From Raillietiella orientalis (lineage: Eukaryota): a stretch of DNA of 64,000 nucleotides. Made by a program: the position numbers and the translations under genes. The stretch is taken from the NCBI GenBank assembly GCA_036172245.1, contig JAYWIR010000014.1, positions 1,798,001-1,862,000 on the forward strand, read 5' to 3'. This document shows, in pieces, positions 1-14,000 of the stretch; position 1 is the first letter of the stretch, and every line of letters starts with the position of its first letter. The notes under the pieces were generated by a model. That model was not told the origin of the DNA and did no database searches. It saw only the letters and a list, made by a program, of their open reading frames with translations.

Positions 1-1517
1 GGAGACAAATATCAGAATGCGAAAGCAAAAGAAAAAAGCACTCCGGATGGAACGACAAGGATGGATGCGGCATGGAAGCAGAGCCTGATTACGGATGCTG
101 GATTTCTGGACCGATACCGGAGCTTGAGCAGTGCGAAGAAGCAACCTGATGAGCAGTCGTACCCTCATCAGATCGATGAAATAGGCTGGGGACGTTCGTT
201 CCGAGAGGAAGGAGCACTTTGCTTTCCTGTCTCCTTCGGAGCCTCCTATCAAGACGAGAAGAGCTCGCGGCATCCTCCAGGAAAGCATCCTGTCTCAGAC
301 GACAATGTGAACTCCCGCTGTCTTCCGGACATCGGTTCCGCTCCCTCATCGAGAGGTGCGCATGAGCGCAGGCGCACCACTGGCGTCTCGTCATGCCATC
401 CGTGCGCTGTTCAGCGTCGGGAAGGCGCAGCAAGGAACGGGAGCCAGGACCGAGCGGAGGGTGCTGCCTCGAACCACCGCTGGCAAAAAACCAGCCCGCG
501 CTCTTCCCGCTGCCGACCCAGAGAGCCTGTGGTAGTCCTTGTCCTGGAAGGGTTGCGAACGGGAAAATCGACTCCTCGAAGTCACGAGCGGCGACTCGCG
601 GTCACTTTCCCCTCAGCGACTACGTCCACGTCCGGCATACATTTCATATATTCCGCGGGTGCATGGCAGTCATCCACCGCTGATTCGAGCCGGAGGAAAG
701 GAAGGCGTTTCACAGAGTGAGTCTCGAACTGCAAACGCGTGTGCGTGTTTTTTTTTTTCTTTTCGTGCCCCGGAGAGAAGCCCGGTTCCCATAACTACTA
801 TTGCGGAGCGCCTGTGCCTCCGTGCCAGCACGCCCAGCTTGCTTCGTTAGGGAGAACTCTTGCCGTTCGCGTTCGCTCTGGTAGCGCCAGTGTGCGGCGA
901 GGCAAAAGAACACGCAAATGGGAGAGGTACTAAAGAGATATTCCATTTCCAGTATGTCTCTGAGCGAAAGACGCTTTTTGAGATGCAGATTCTATCCGCA
1001 GCATGCGCGCTTTTCGAAGCGTAATCTCATTTGGGATCTCATACAGCACACCTCCCTGAAGGAAGCGAAGAATGCCATCTTTCTTGGGCGAGGGAAGCTG
1101 AAAGGGTGAAGGTGGGATGGCGGACGAGAGGAAAAGCTGAAGGGAAGCTTTTGCAAGAATGGATCGCGGGAACGCGGACAGTGGGCGTATCCCCCGTTCT
1201 GCATCAGAGAGGAGTACTTTCTCTCGGAAGCCATCAAGCCGATCCGAAGGCACAGTCGCCAGCAGAGCAGAGGCGCTCGCTCCTGAGACGACGCACGGCG
1301 GCAGGCGATGAAGGCGAGGAGCGGAGGCAGGTGGAAACGGGTGAGGGGAGACCGTTTCTGTCTCGTGGGAAAATGCAGCCGACAGCACCCGAAAGCAACG
1401 AAGACGACCGAGTGCGCTCGTAGATGCTCCGGCAAAGTGGCCCGGCGCGCCCTGCGCGGTCGACTACGGTAGCTGGTTGGCGAACAGGAACCGGAGCGCG
1501 TCTCTGCAGGAACGCTT

Positions 1518-1750
1518 GAAGAGAGAAGCTGGAAGCAAGCGGTTCCCCCGCCCACACAAGAAGAGGGAGCAGGACCATTTCCTACGCGTCGCGATGGAAG
1601 TCGGGTTCAGCTCCGAGCTCTTGGATTTTAGTGGATCCGAAGATGTGCTGCTGCGTGGTCATACCGGCATGAAAGCCAAGCCTGGACCAATCTTCTCAAT
1701 GGAGCGACGGGACGGGGAGGAAGGTGCTCACGGCTACAGCGCGCGAAGAG
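1518..1750. repeat. ~230 bp interspersed element, copy A
   Basis: Aligns by eye, with scattered substitutions, to 2679-2910 (ggaagcaagcggttcccccgcccacacaag...ggtgctcacggctacag). Confidence 0.9.
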
Positions 1751-1889
1751 GATATACGATCCATATCATGGGACTCCAGGAAAAGCGCGCGAAAACCCGC
1801 CGCAGCGGAAAACACGCGGGGAGGTCTTTGTGTTGTGGCGACCCCAACACACTCCACGTCGTGACACGGGTCGAAACCCTTAAACAGAC

Positions 1890-2082
1890 CTTGGTATGTT
1901 GAGGAACAGAAGGCAGTGGATCTTGAGCTCTCTGAGTTTTGCCGTCAGGTCCCTTCCGTCACACACCAGCGTTATGTGGTCCGACAGGTTCCTCCACTTC
2001 TTCTGGAGCAGGTCCTTGCCTCCCTTCTGCCCGTAGAACATCTTGTTGCGGATGCGGGAGGAATACTTTTCGGGGTTGGCTT
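1890..2082 (-). CDS. rdgA: DGK exon 9 (DAGKa accessory domain)
   Basis: [26 protein letters not shown]...CDGRDLT...FLNIP; ttccAG acceptor, GTCTGT donor. Confidence 0.92.
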
Positions 2083-5000
2083 CTGGAAAGGAAAGAGATG
2101 GAAGGGAAAACGCGAATCCTTGCAACAACGACATGGATTCCTTCGTTTCCTCAAGTTAGGGAATGCTCCGGGAGGAAACCATCTTATGAATACAAGAAGG
2201 GTTCCGTGGAGAAGGGAGTCCGTTCCTTTCATGCCTGGGAGGGAACCCCAAAAGCAACCCTCCACCCCGGTTGTCTCTTCCTTATTCTCTGCGGAGGGAC
2301 TCCCGGAGGGGTCCGCTTTATTGTTTATTCTCCGAAGGGAACTCGGAAAGGATCCGCTCCTGGAATTTCTTGTGCGGAGGGAACCCTCTCAAGGGAATCG
2401 CTCCTTCTTCCCTCCTCTGAAGAGAATCCCGGAGGAACGCTTCCCAATTTTCTCTGGAGGGCGCTCCCCGAAGGGAGTAGAGCGTTTCTTATACTCTGGA
2501 GAGGCAACCCCCTAAGGAAGATACCAACCAGCTCCTTGTGTTGGTTTTCGTGCCTGTACGCGATGGATACGGCTCTATTTTCGCAATCGGAGGGGAACGG
2601 TTCTTGATATCCTGGAAGGACCCCGGAGGGTCAACTTCCGATCTTGCGACTCATCGGGGACATCCGGTTTCCGGCTTTGAGGAGAGACGTTGGAAGCAAG
2701 CGGTTCCCCCGCCCACACAAGAATAGGGAGCAGGACCACTTCCTACGCGTCGCGATGTAAGTCGAGTTCAACCCCGAACTCTTGGATTTTAGGGGATCCG
2801 AAGATGTGCTGCTGCGTGGTCACACCGGCATGAAAGCCAAGCCTCGACCAATCTTCTCAATGGAGCGACGGGACGGAGAGAAAGGTGCTCACGGCTACAG
2901 AACGAGAGTCTTCCGCCTTTCACCAGTGCCGCGCCCGAATGTAGGCTAACCAGGTCTTGCGGGGAGAGATCGAAACCACGACGCAGTTCTCATTCTCGGA
3001 GTCGATCCTTCCCCGGGAGGGATTCGGACCCGCAATGCTTGGCGCCACGTACGGAGAGACCGCAACCGCTCGGCCGCCGCCAGAGCGGTCGCGACTGACA
3101 ACGGCGTTTGCTCCTGCAGCAGGACAGCCGCGCATCTCTGTCGGAGCCGTCAAAGGGCCTCTTCCGTCAGCAGGCACCTCGCTTCCTACTTCCCGCTGCA
3201 GAAGGATGGAGCAAGAGCCGCCAGTTCCCTAGAAGAGGAGGGGTGCTAGTTCTTGCGCGCCCGGGAGCATCCGCCGACTTGCGTCCGCGGGGAGTTGCCG
3301 GGACAGGTTTTCCTCCCTCTGAACAAGACCAAAAGCTCCTAGGAAGGAGGGTCTCCTTGCTTTGAGAGCATTCGTGCCTCCTTCAAAAGGGAGGAGGGGC
3401 CTGTGTCAAGGAGAGGAAGAGGAAGTGGTGGCAGACCTGGGAAAGAACGCGCGCGCGCTACCGCCGCATCTGGACACAGAGATCTGTCGCGGGATCTCCT
3501 CGGCCCGAACGCCAGGACGGCGCTCGGTTCGAGGAAGGCTGAGCTAATTGGACTTGCGTTGGACCAGCCATCCCCGCGCGGAAGAGGAAAGAGGGAGTCC
3601 GAAGAGGAGAAGCGGAGGCGACAGAGATGGGGAGGGTAAGCGCAGCTTCTTCACTCTCCCACGAGCCGCATCGGAGGGGCGGTTATCGGTAGCATGGATT
3701 TCCCACGGTTGGCTGCTCCGCACGGGATAGGAAGCGGTCAACGGGTCGAACGATCGGATGATCCCGCATGGGATCGTAGGTTAGCAACAGGTCCGAGGCC
3801 GGGAGTGGGCTTCAGAAAGAGGGAGCAGTGTCTTCGGTATCTGTCCCGAAGGGCCCGAAGAGAATGCGTGGTTTCTGCCCGCCTCCTTGGTTGAGCGGGG
3901 TGTGTGCGAGAAGTGGAAGAAGTCTGAAATGCGCCTACTGCTGAGCACTTCAGCAGTCGTGGGTTCAAGGACGGAGCCGGGAACAAGGGGAGAAGGGAAG
4001 AGGGGTCTTCTCCAGGACGGAGAAAAGAGTCCGGGAGAAGGAGCCTCCGGTTCTGGGTAGAGCAGCGGAATACCCGCTCCGCGCGACGACGTTCCGGTGA
4101 TGAGAGTGGACCACTGACGAGCTCACATCGCGTAGGTCGACTTTCGGGAGAGGCAGGCTCGCCCGGAAGTCGCAGTCTCGGTCGGGGATCGAGGAGGAAG
4201 TTTCTGGATCTGCGAACGGGAAGAGAGAGGGAGATGAGAGGGTGCGCTCACCCCGAACCTCCCCTCCTGCCACGGGAATTCGCCAGCCGCCTCGCAGTTG
4301 AGGAGGCCAAATGTGGGAAGGCTCGCGTCCCGAGATGCAGATCTTGAAGCTGAGGAAGGTCAGTGGCGAGGCAGAAGCCTCGAAATCAAGGTGACCCGTG
4401 TGGAAGCGGCGTAGTCGGAGTGCGCCCAGGACGGATCGTCCGCATGGAAGCGCTGCCCTCGCCTGGTGCGGGTTGCGTCCCATTCAGGACTAGTGTAGCC
4501 CTGGGCGGGAATCTCAAAGTGCCAAGGTCACGTGAGCGACGGCGGGACGAGTGGGGGGCGAAGAGGGGGAAGCGCCGCACTCCTCTCACAACCAGGGAAA
4601 GGAAACGGAGCAGCTTTTTTGGTGTCCCTCCGAGAGCCGCATCCTTGGTGGATCGTGAGTACTTTCTCGCAGATCTTCCACTTCACGGATCTCGCGGACA
4701 AGTGGAGGGTTCGGCCCGGCAGAGAGAATGGCATCCTTCATGCGGGCCACGCACGGATGCTCGATGGGTGGGGAGGGAAGGGACGGCAGACGGCCGAGCG
4801 GATGCTTAGCACCTCTTCGGGGACGCCTCCCCCCACCGCCGCCTTCGCTTTCGCGCCGCCGTCCGGACCAGAGGAGCTCACTGGCCCTGGTAGCTTCAGA
4901 AAAGGAAGGACGAGGACAGGAGACCTCCTCTAGATTCCTGTATGCCCTCCTCCACGGAAACGGAGGCGTAGACGCCCGCGGGGACATACGGGAGCGGAGG

Positions 5001-8000
5001 AGAGAGATTCCCAGAGAAGGGGAGGTGGCAGCGATTGCCCATCCTTCTCACTTACCCGCCTCAGCCATCATTCTGCCCGCATGGGACAGGAAGTCCCTCG
5101 TCCCTTGCTCTCATCCCCTCCCACCCTCTCACCTCGGGCCTGGTGGAAGTCCAAGGCGATCTGAGCGTCGACTCCCAGGGAAAAATAATTATTAAGGACA
5201 TTCAAGGGGACGTTGTCCTTGCCCTCAGAAGTGGGGGTGCCTGCGTTTTCGTTTTTGTCGACCTCAACCAACCACCGGTCTAGGTAGATCAGCTCCCCCT
5301 CCTCGAAGTTCTTGAGGATCTTCGAAATTGGCTCGTCCGTGTATCCCTGAAACGAGGAGAGGTGGGTGGGGGTTTGCAAAAGAGGGAGGGGATGAGAAGG
5401 AGGGGGGAGAGGCGAAAAGAGAGGAAGAGACACTCCCCTGCCCCACGAGGACGGGAGAAAAGAGGCACGCGCTGTTCTCTCCTTCCCCCTTCCTCTCTCA
5501 CCAGGGGCGCCGCTGCACATTCCAGAGAAGGAGAAGAGCTCGCGGGGAAGAAAGGTCAGCACACTGACCTTCTTCCGAGAGCAAGGAGAAGAAGCTTCTC
5601 ACCTCCTCCTCCTCCTTCTCTTGGGTTTAGAAGCTGTCGAGGGCTTCCCTCCCTACTCCCTCCACTCCCACCTTATCCAAGGAGCTGCCGTACTTACGCT
5701 GCCCCATCCCAGGGAGCGGGACAGGTCGTTTCCGGTTCCCAGAGGGAGTGTTCCCACGGCAGGCTGCGAAACGAACCGCAGCTGGTCGATGGTCGAAAGG
5801 ATCCAACCCGTGGTCCCATCTCCCCCGCAGGCCAGGATCCTTAGGTTCGGAACCTTGGCGAACATCTCCAGGCTACTCATGGCATGAGAACAGTGAAAGG
5901 CACAGGAACAGGAGACGTGCCGGGAGAGGGGAGGAAGGGCGGGTGGGGGCCTCATCTCCCAGGAGAGAGGGGATGAGGGTTCTGTAGTGAAGGTGCTCGC
6001 TCGCTGAAGGTGCGCAAGGTGGACGACCCCCAACATTTCATAGTTAGGAAGGAAGAGGGGACGGACGCTCCCCGCATAGGGGAGGGGAAGGAGGAGGTAA
6101 ATATGGCACTTCGAGACAGGGCAAGGGGATACGACAAAAGCAACTTTGAGGGCAAATGCTCCGGACTGGGAGTAAATGACGGGTAGCAAACGACGAGGAG
6201 AAAAGGAGGAGGAGGAAGGGAGGAGCAGGGAGGAAAAGAGGAGGAAGATGAAGGGAGGGGGAGGAGAAGGAGCAAAGCCAAGTGCGCGTGCGCAGAGCTC
6301 GACCAGCACTCACCCTGCCTTGGGTCCACTGACGGACAGGTCAAAGATCTGCCGGGGGTTCAGCAGCCACTGGAACTTCTGCAGGAGCTTATGGCCCTGA
6401 TTTCCTCCGGACTTCGGGTTGATGAATATAAGGCACGGTCTCGAAGGGCGGGACGAGTTTGGTATGACGACGAACGCCTTGTGCTCCCTCTGCTGGATAC
6501 CGAGGAAGTGAAAAGAAAAAGAAAAGGAGGAGGAAGCTGAGGGATATCCTCCTTTCCTTCCGGAAAGCAGTCCCCTCCTCACTCTCTCTCCTCCCTAGAG
6601 AAAGCGCCCTCTATATCCCCTCAGACACCCGACCTCCTGGGATGGCCTTCCTCTCCTCTCCCTTTCTCGGGGAACGGGCCGAAAGGGAAGAGTGTCACTT
6701 CCCGGTTTCCCGACGGGAAACCGCCGAAAGCAGTGGAAGTGCCTAGAGGAAGGAGCAGAGGAGCGATGCTTCCTTCTCCGAAGAGAGGAGCCTTTTCTGT
6801 CGAGTCACGTGAGCTTTCCCATCCCTTCGAGAGCACAGCCGATTTGATTGGAGGCGAGGGGAGGAATGGAGAGGGGTGGCAGAAGGTGTTGCGACGCGGA
6901 CTGCGTCGCAACACCTGGCACACCTGGCTTGCGCCAGGGAACCCTACGGGTCCAGTGCGAGGGATGGCATCCGTCGCTCTCTTCCACTCCCTCTTCATCT
7001 CCTCCCCCCGCTCCGGATGTGAGAGGACAGGGGAGTTCTTCTTCCCCCCAAGGGACGTACCTCGTTCCTGGCCTTCTTCTTGTTAGTTTTTCGCTTCGAG
7101 GGCTTCTTCGGATCGCAGGCTGGCCGTGGAGCCCCTTGTGGCAGCTTCACGAACCAGGAAGGAGGTATGATCACGTTCTGGTTGCTCCCTGGCCAGGAAA
7201 AGAAAAGAGGAGTGGCAAGTGAAGCTTTCCAAACGCCTCTGTGCTCTTCGGGAAGACCACTGGCCCGAACGCAGGCTCCGGGAAAGCGCTCTCCACCCTC
7301 TTTCCCAGCAGACGCGAGTCTTTCTCGAGTAGCTGACGGCGAGCGCCGCTGCTTGCTACCGTGGCCTGCGGGACTTTCCTGTTAGCGTGAAACGAGGTAG
7401 GAAAAGAAAATCCTGAGGGATCCTCGATGGCTCAGGGCAAGCAGCCAGGAGACCGGACCAGATTTCTCAAGGAGATTCGAAAAAGCTCCTCCTCCGGGAA
7501 AGCCACCGCAGGGATTCTTTCTAAAGGGAGAGCAGGGCTGGAAATAGGGGAGAAGAGGAGGAAAAAGGGACATTGAGGTCGTGAGAGAAGCGTCCAGGAG
7601 GAAGAGGAAGGACGGATAGCGCACCGGCCAGGAAGTCCAGATTCCCTGAGCCCTGAGGCAAGCGCTCTTCGGAGAGGACTTCCTCCAAGGGTAGTGATGG
7701 GGAGCGGGGGGAGAGTCCGACCTCGCCGGGTCGTGGCCAGAGGTCTCTCGAGTCGCGAAGGAACGCGCAGGGCGCGGCAGGAGTTTCAGAGGGGACGCGG
7801 GATGAGGAGCCCTCCAGACGGGGACAGGCACGGTGACCTGAGCACCCTGCCGGTGTCACGGACGACGCTTCCTGCGCTCATGTTCCGCCGCAGACGGGCC
7901 ACACCTGTAGCGAGAGAGCCTGTCGGGATCAGCTCAGCGGGAGGGGTCTGCGAGCTCGCGCTGGTGGGACGGATACGCTCTCGCCCCACGGCATGACCTT

Positions 8001-11000
8001 GAAAACCTTCAGGGCGTGGCCTTACAAGTCGCTGCGATGAAGGAAGGACCTTAGTCGTCTTGTAGGGAAGCAGGATCCGGAGAGATTCCTCTGTCTTGTG
8101 CGGGATGAAGGCGAAGATGGAGTAAGGACCACGGGTGAGATGGAAGGGACAGCTGGAGATGAAAATCGCAAGAGAATCTGCGGTCTGAGGACGAGCGCCG
8201 CACTTCTTCCCTTCTCCATTGCCGCCAGGAAAACAAAAGGATGGATGAGGTCCCTCACAATGTGCTAACTCGGGAAGATGCGCCTTGACTGTAGCAGCTG
8301 ACTCTGAGGACTACCACCTATTCAAGCGCAATCGCGGCACTTGGAGTCAGGTCGACAAGGAGAAAGCGCCTAGGGAATGGCGCGGAGATCAAGAGGCGAT
8401 TGGAAGGGAACGCATCTGGAGTCCGAGGAGGTCTTCCGAAGAGTATGCCGAGTCAGGCTACCGCCAAGTGATCTGGATGGACCACTCGGAGGCGATGGAT
8501 CCACCCCTTGGACCGTTCCTCGGAAGCAGGAAGAAGGTACGCTCGAATTCAACCAAGAACCCTGATTCATCTGCATCTGAAGCTGCGCACTCAGTCCGCT
8601 TCACACAGGCGTTTTGTCTGGGACAGGAGATGGAGGGGATCCCCTGTGGGGACGAGCGCGAGGGGATGAGGTGAGGTCCGGGAGGACAGGAAATTGCTAA
8701 ACACTTCGATCCCCCGCAAAGCTCTCTAAAGGTGGGACGGAAAATGAGATGGAGCGCGAGATAAGACAGGAATGAGAGCGATGGAGGCTGCTAATGGAAG
8801 TGTATCATCAGGAGGACATCAGGCAGCAGGGCAGTCTAAAGATCATTCATATGGGGACACCTTGGGAGGGAGTGGAGAGGGATGCGATAGTGGTGGACGG
8901 GATGCGTGGCAACGAGTAAGAGCTCCAATCGATCAACCATCTGCTTACCAAACCTGCGCGGGATCCGCACTGCGATGAATGTGGAGAGCTCTTCCTGAAA
9001 CTCCGCAAGGAGCGACGCTGGGAGCTCCTCAAAATCGCTGCTGGAAACAAGTATCTACACCATGTCCTGGACGCATGAGCCACGGCAGCACCGATCTGCC
9101 ACGGGCTACAGTCAGGTCTCTCAAGGCAGAAGCCTTTGAGGACAGAAAAGACCGTCATTGCGGGAGCACGGCTCCAACAAATGAGTGGATCTTCATCTTC
9201 AGTTCGGAGCGATGACCGGAAGGGCAGAGCTCGACGTTTCGGGTGATCGCCTTTTCCCGTTCGGGTCGAAGAGCGTTCGGAATTCCTGTGGGGTTTCACC
9301 TGATGCGGCGAGCGAACTGCCAGCAGAGCGGAGACTGTGTACGCTGATACTCCGTGGCATTGAAGGGAAGAAAGAGGAGGGATGCACTGAGAGATAACCG
9401 GCGAGGAAAAGACTAAGAGGCTCCTTCAGAAGAGGAAGACACGAAACGGGGAAAAGAGTCCTCCATACTCCGTCGCGCGACCAGCCAACCCTTGCCTGCC
9501 CGAGGAACACGAGGAGGTTGAGAACTTAGTCCCCGGATGGGTAGTTGGCGGGACAGTCACGCAGCTATGCCGACGAACTTGAGAGAACGGCTGGAGTTGA
9601 TGATGCAGGCTCTCAAAAGTTGAATAGTTCCGGCAAGGGCAAGAGGTAGTCCAAAAAAGAAGGGGAAAGCTAATCCTGTAACTCCCGCACTAAGGACGAA
9701 GGTAACGCGAAGCACAATGATCGTAAATGATGGCCGAGTAGCCTACAATGGTGCTTCGAAAGATGATGTAGGTGGGATGCATCGAGAGTGAGTGAGGGGG
9801 ATCGCTCGCACACGTGACAAATCGTCTGCAACCAGCCCTGAACCGCCCTGAACCACGGCAGGGTGCGGCACCTCAGGAGAATTTAGGGGCTTGCAAACTG
9901 CAACCAGTCTGAGCCCCTCGTGAATTCTTCGCTCAGAATCCTACTTCATGATCCAAGGAAGGGAGAGAATCGCCATCCTAGAGCTCTCGAGGGGGTTGCT
10001 TGCTCCCCAGAGAGGCTCTCCGATACCTCCGAAAGAGTCAGTCAAGGGGAACGGGAGGAAATGCGGACAACTGGCTCCCCTCCTCCGTTCTGGCCCAGTG
10101 GAGTTCCAGCTCGTCGATATGAGCACTCGTCGTAGGATCCCGGAGCGCCTGGGGATCTCCGAAACGACGCGCTGTCGACGGAAGCTCAACGAGGATACAT
10201 CAGAGAGTGGATGGAGTGTTCCAACACTCGCTGCCAGCGATACCGACTGAGATGGCGAAGGTGCTGTGGTTAAGTGCCTTCGTCTGATGGAGGGAACGAC
10301 AGGAAAGCGGTGGAAATAAGAAAAAATCCTCTTCCCCGGAAAGTGTCTACGCCTTTACACAATACAACAATTTAGAAGCAAATAGGGAACGTCGAAAGGA
10401 CAACGAGAAAAATCCGCTACAAGGAGCAGGCTGTGAGAGAGGAGGTCCACGAGCGCAAGATACTGCGATCCGAGTGACCATCCGATCCCGAGATCTCCCA
10501 ACTTCTTCCCCACCACTTCTCGTTTCCGATTCAAGCCGTTCTGCATCTTACGGAAGAAACATAGGACGTCGCCATGACAAGCATAAGATTGCGAACCGGA
10601 ATGATGTTGTGGCTGCTTCTAACAGACGTAGACGGAAGCCTTCGTATCGGGTGCGGTCGTTGCCGAGGTGAGCGAATCCTTTTCTCCGGCAAGTCAGATC
10701 GTCTCTACAACTAGCTACAGGGTTGTAAGAAGTGCTTGCACGCCAAACCGGTCTTCGAAGCAGCGACAGCGATCCTCACTTCAAAACCATGCAAAGTCCA
10801 AGACCGTAACCAATGATGGTCGTTAGTGACCTCTTCCAATCCCTGACCGAAAGGGGATCCTGATCGGTGATGGGGTTTCCGATCACCACCAGTGAGTAGT
10901 TCGAGACGATGGGGAGGGGGGGGACAAAGGTCTCAGCGCAGCGGAAGCGCACCGTTGCACCTTTGGCCTGCGAAACGGCTTGTCCCTTCGTCCGCGGTGG

Positions 11001-14000
11001 GGGGACCGAGAGGTGCAGCACGGAGGCCACGTTATCGACCGAATGAGGTGGGTCGCGGAGAAGGCATGCCGGGATCGGACACGCCAACTAAAAGAAAGTT
11101 TTTTTTTGCATGCTTGCATGCTGAGCTCGGAAAGAGAGGAATATCCAGGAGATGGCGATGATTTTTCAGTAATCGAAAGAAGTTCCTACCGATCTGGGCA
11201 GTCCCTGCTTGGGGGAACGGGAGGAAAAGGAAGGTTTATGGACCCCGAAATATAGCCGCTGTTACAGAAGACAAGAGAAAGAACCTCGAATTATCGTCTG
11301 TTTGGCAATCTTTAAAGACCTCGTAAACCGATTACTGACGAAAAGCTCCGAGAACTGTAAATCATTAGCGGAAGATCTGCTAGAGGACTCCGAGGAGATG
11401 GCATCCCGTAACGTCATCAAGGATTCCATCTGGGTTCTCTCCTCGAGAGTTGAGGAGCAGTCAGCAGAGATCAGAGAGGAATGCCTCTCTCCGGGAAGTA
11501 CCGACTGTGAGGAGGCAACAAGGTTATCAGGGTAGATAGGAAGCAGCAGTGGAGGAAGATTACTGCGGTCTCCTGCAGCGTAGAGGGGAGACCTAGCGTG
11601 GAAAGGCATCTAACCGCGTCCTCGGAGAGTGGCAAATGGAAGTGTAGCACGTGGGATACAACTTCTGCCCTGATCAGCAGCCGGGTTGCGTGACGAGCGA
11701 TGCCACCATCGATTTTCCAGTATCCCTGAAGAACTCCCTCTCCCCCTTCTGACCACTCTCAGGTGCGCTTACTCGCGCATGAGTGCGTCAGACGGATCTG
11801 CACTCAGTCTGCATTCCCGCGGTTGTCCCGCTCGAAATCCCACGACCTGTCCCCGAAATTCACGAGGAGACCCCTGGAGACCTCAGGAGCGACCGCTCGA
11901 AACGGGACCTTCGCTCTTCTCGCAATTCAAGCCTTCCGCACCTTGATGCGTCATCGGGACGGACTCTACCCGGTAGTCATGCCGACTCCTTTCGCCGCCG
12001 CGCGCACCCGTTGAGACTCCTCCCGAACCATGGACACCCAGGATTTTCCGAGAACTCGGCTTCGGAGTTCGGGGACGGACCAGCTGCCTAGCTGTCGCCA
12101 TCTGTCGCCTTTCCCAGCAGTCACCCTTCTTCGGGTCCCTCTGTCAGCTCCCTCGATTGTAACTTTGGACTTTCGTTGAGAACGGACAAAATCAGCTCCA
12201 TCGAAGAGGGAGGCGCAACGTAGCCACTGATTGCCCTCATTATCGGTAAAAGAATTCATTCGAAAGCGCGCGTTGTGCCGTTAGGATCCAGGAAGTCGCC
12301 CTGATCTCCGCAGCTCATTTGGGAGATCGTGCACGTCTCTGTAAATTGAATAGGCACTTGCGTATCTCCATCTGTCAAGTTCGCAGACTGCTGGAGGAAT
12401 CCTCTAGGGTTTCTTGGGGGTATGGCCGTTGTTTGATATGCTTTAGAGGTGCTCGGGAGCTAGTCTTTGGCATCCGGAGGTTTAGCTACTTTCAAAGAAT
12501 GGCATGAGAATGGTAGTAGGATCACCGACAAGTGGGACAACTGACTGGACCTTGGTAAATTGGAACTCCAAATAATTGCCTCATGTCGACGGAATTGGGT
12601 GCTCCCTTCCACAGTTCTGCCACACGTCCATTGGGCTCGTCTCCCATTCTTTCTTTCCGCAACGAATCTGCAGCCCTTATTCGCGTGAGACCGTTCACGA
12701 CCCCTATTTGCCTACTCTTCATTCTTGTGTGGCCTAACTCACCACCGTGTGGGCCATCCGAAGGTTCTCCATTCATCTGCTTGGTTCGTGCCATTCCTGT
12801 TCCCAACCGCACGGATGCAGCTGCTGAACCGCGTGTCCCATCCGTTCGTCCGAAGCAACTTGCTTTCCAAGACTTCGCTTGGGAGATTTCCTGGATTGCG
12901 AAATGGGTGGAGCCCGAGGCGAGATCTCCTCATAGGACCGCCTTCCTTTTTTTTCTTTCCTCCCTATTCTCCTGTTTTTTTTTCCGGATAGTCTCGACTT
13001 TTTCTGAAGACGCAGTTCCGGTACCCGACGGTTCCAGTAGAAGGGCGCGAAATTTCGTCTCCCGCATTGTATGCATCAGCGCAGCCTCCGCTGAGCGATC
13101 TGTCGATGTGGAAGGTTCGTTGGCTCTTTAGTGGTTAGTGCTAAGCGATGCAACTACAGACCCGCCCTTACGATAGGCTGTAGAACAGCGCATGGCTTAC
13201 GTTTAAGGAAATTGGAGTTTGACCTCGCTTGACCCAGGTGCACAGTCGGCAGGTAAAAGATGAAGAGCTTCATGTCAGTCGAGGCACTAACATCTGCAGG
13301 TTCAACCTGCTTATCTTATCCGAGTAGTTGGAATCCAAGTAGAGAGAGCAGGGAATGAAGGAGGAATGGAGGAGGAGGAGAAGGAGGGAAGAGGGGACGA
13401 AGAAGGAGGAAGAAGGAAAGGAGGAAGAGGGGCTCCTCTTCCTATCGAAGAACTAGAGAGTGCCTCGATTTCCCAGCGATGCATATTTCGAGTGTCGACA
13501 ACGATTTATCTACTTTGCCTCCTCACTCTTTCTGCTCCATCGGAACCGACCGGCGACTGTGTTGTGCCTGTGTCATCTCGCCTCATCCAACGTGATCAGC
13601 TGCATCCGATTTGAATAGCAGCATCACTCCCGAGCTATTCTCAGGAGTCCTCATTATCTCACCAAGGATGAACTTTCCTCACACCGTTCCATGGGGACTG
13701 ACGCAAAAGTTCTGGAAGAGGTTTCGGAGGAGCAAGCCCTTAATTCTTGCACTTCGTCTCCAAGCCGGGAATGCGTCTGGAATCCGGAACATGCTTCGAG
13801 TAGCAGCGAAGTTAGGGGTTCTCCTTCTCTCATCAGGGCGCATGGCCAAGAATGAGATCTGCCTTGAAAGCCATTCACAAGCCTCTCCGCTTGAAAAGGA
13901 AACACCGAAAAGAAAAAAGGAAGAACTGTGAGATGCACTGTCCTCAGAAGTAGAGGAGATTAGAAAAACCGACTCCGGGCGTCACGGCGAAACACGCGAG

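Noticed and set aside
89..479. Possible exon 10 (ttttttgccAG then GGSRQHPP...EQRTDGM)
   Set aside because: The phase fits, but it lacks the expected Y-x-G-G-T-x-PW and DDG..EV motifs; the true exon probably lies outside the window.
3965..4483. Minus-strand ORF containing a 42 nt GT-AG intron-like segment (4210-4251)
   Set aside because: No recognisable homology, and DGK exons 8 and 9 join without a gap.
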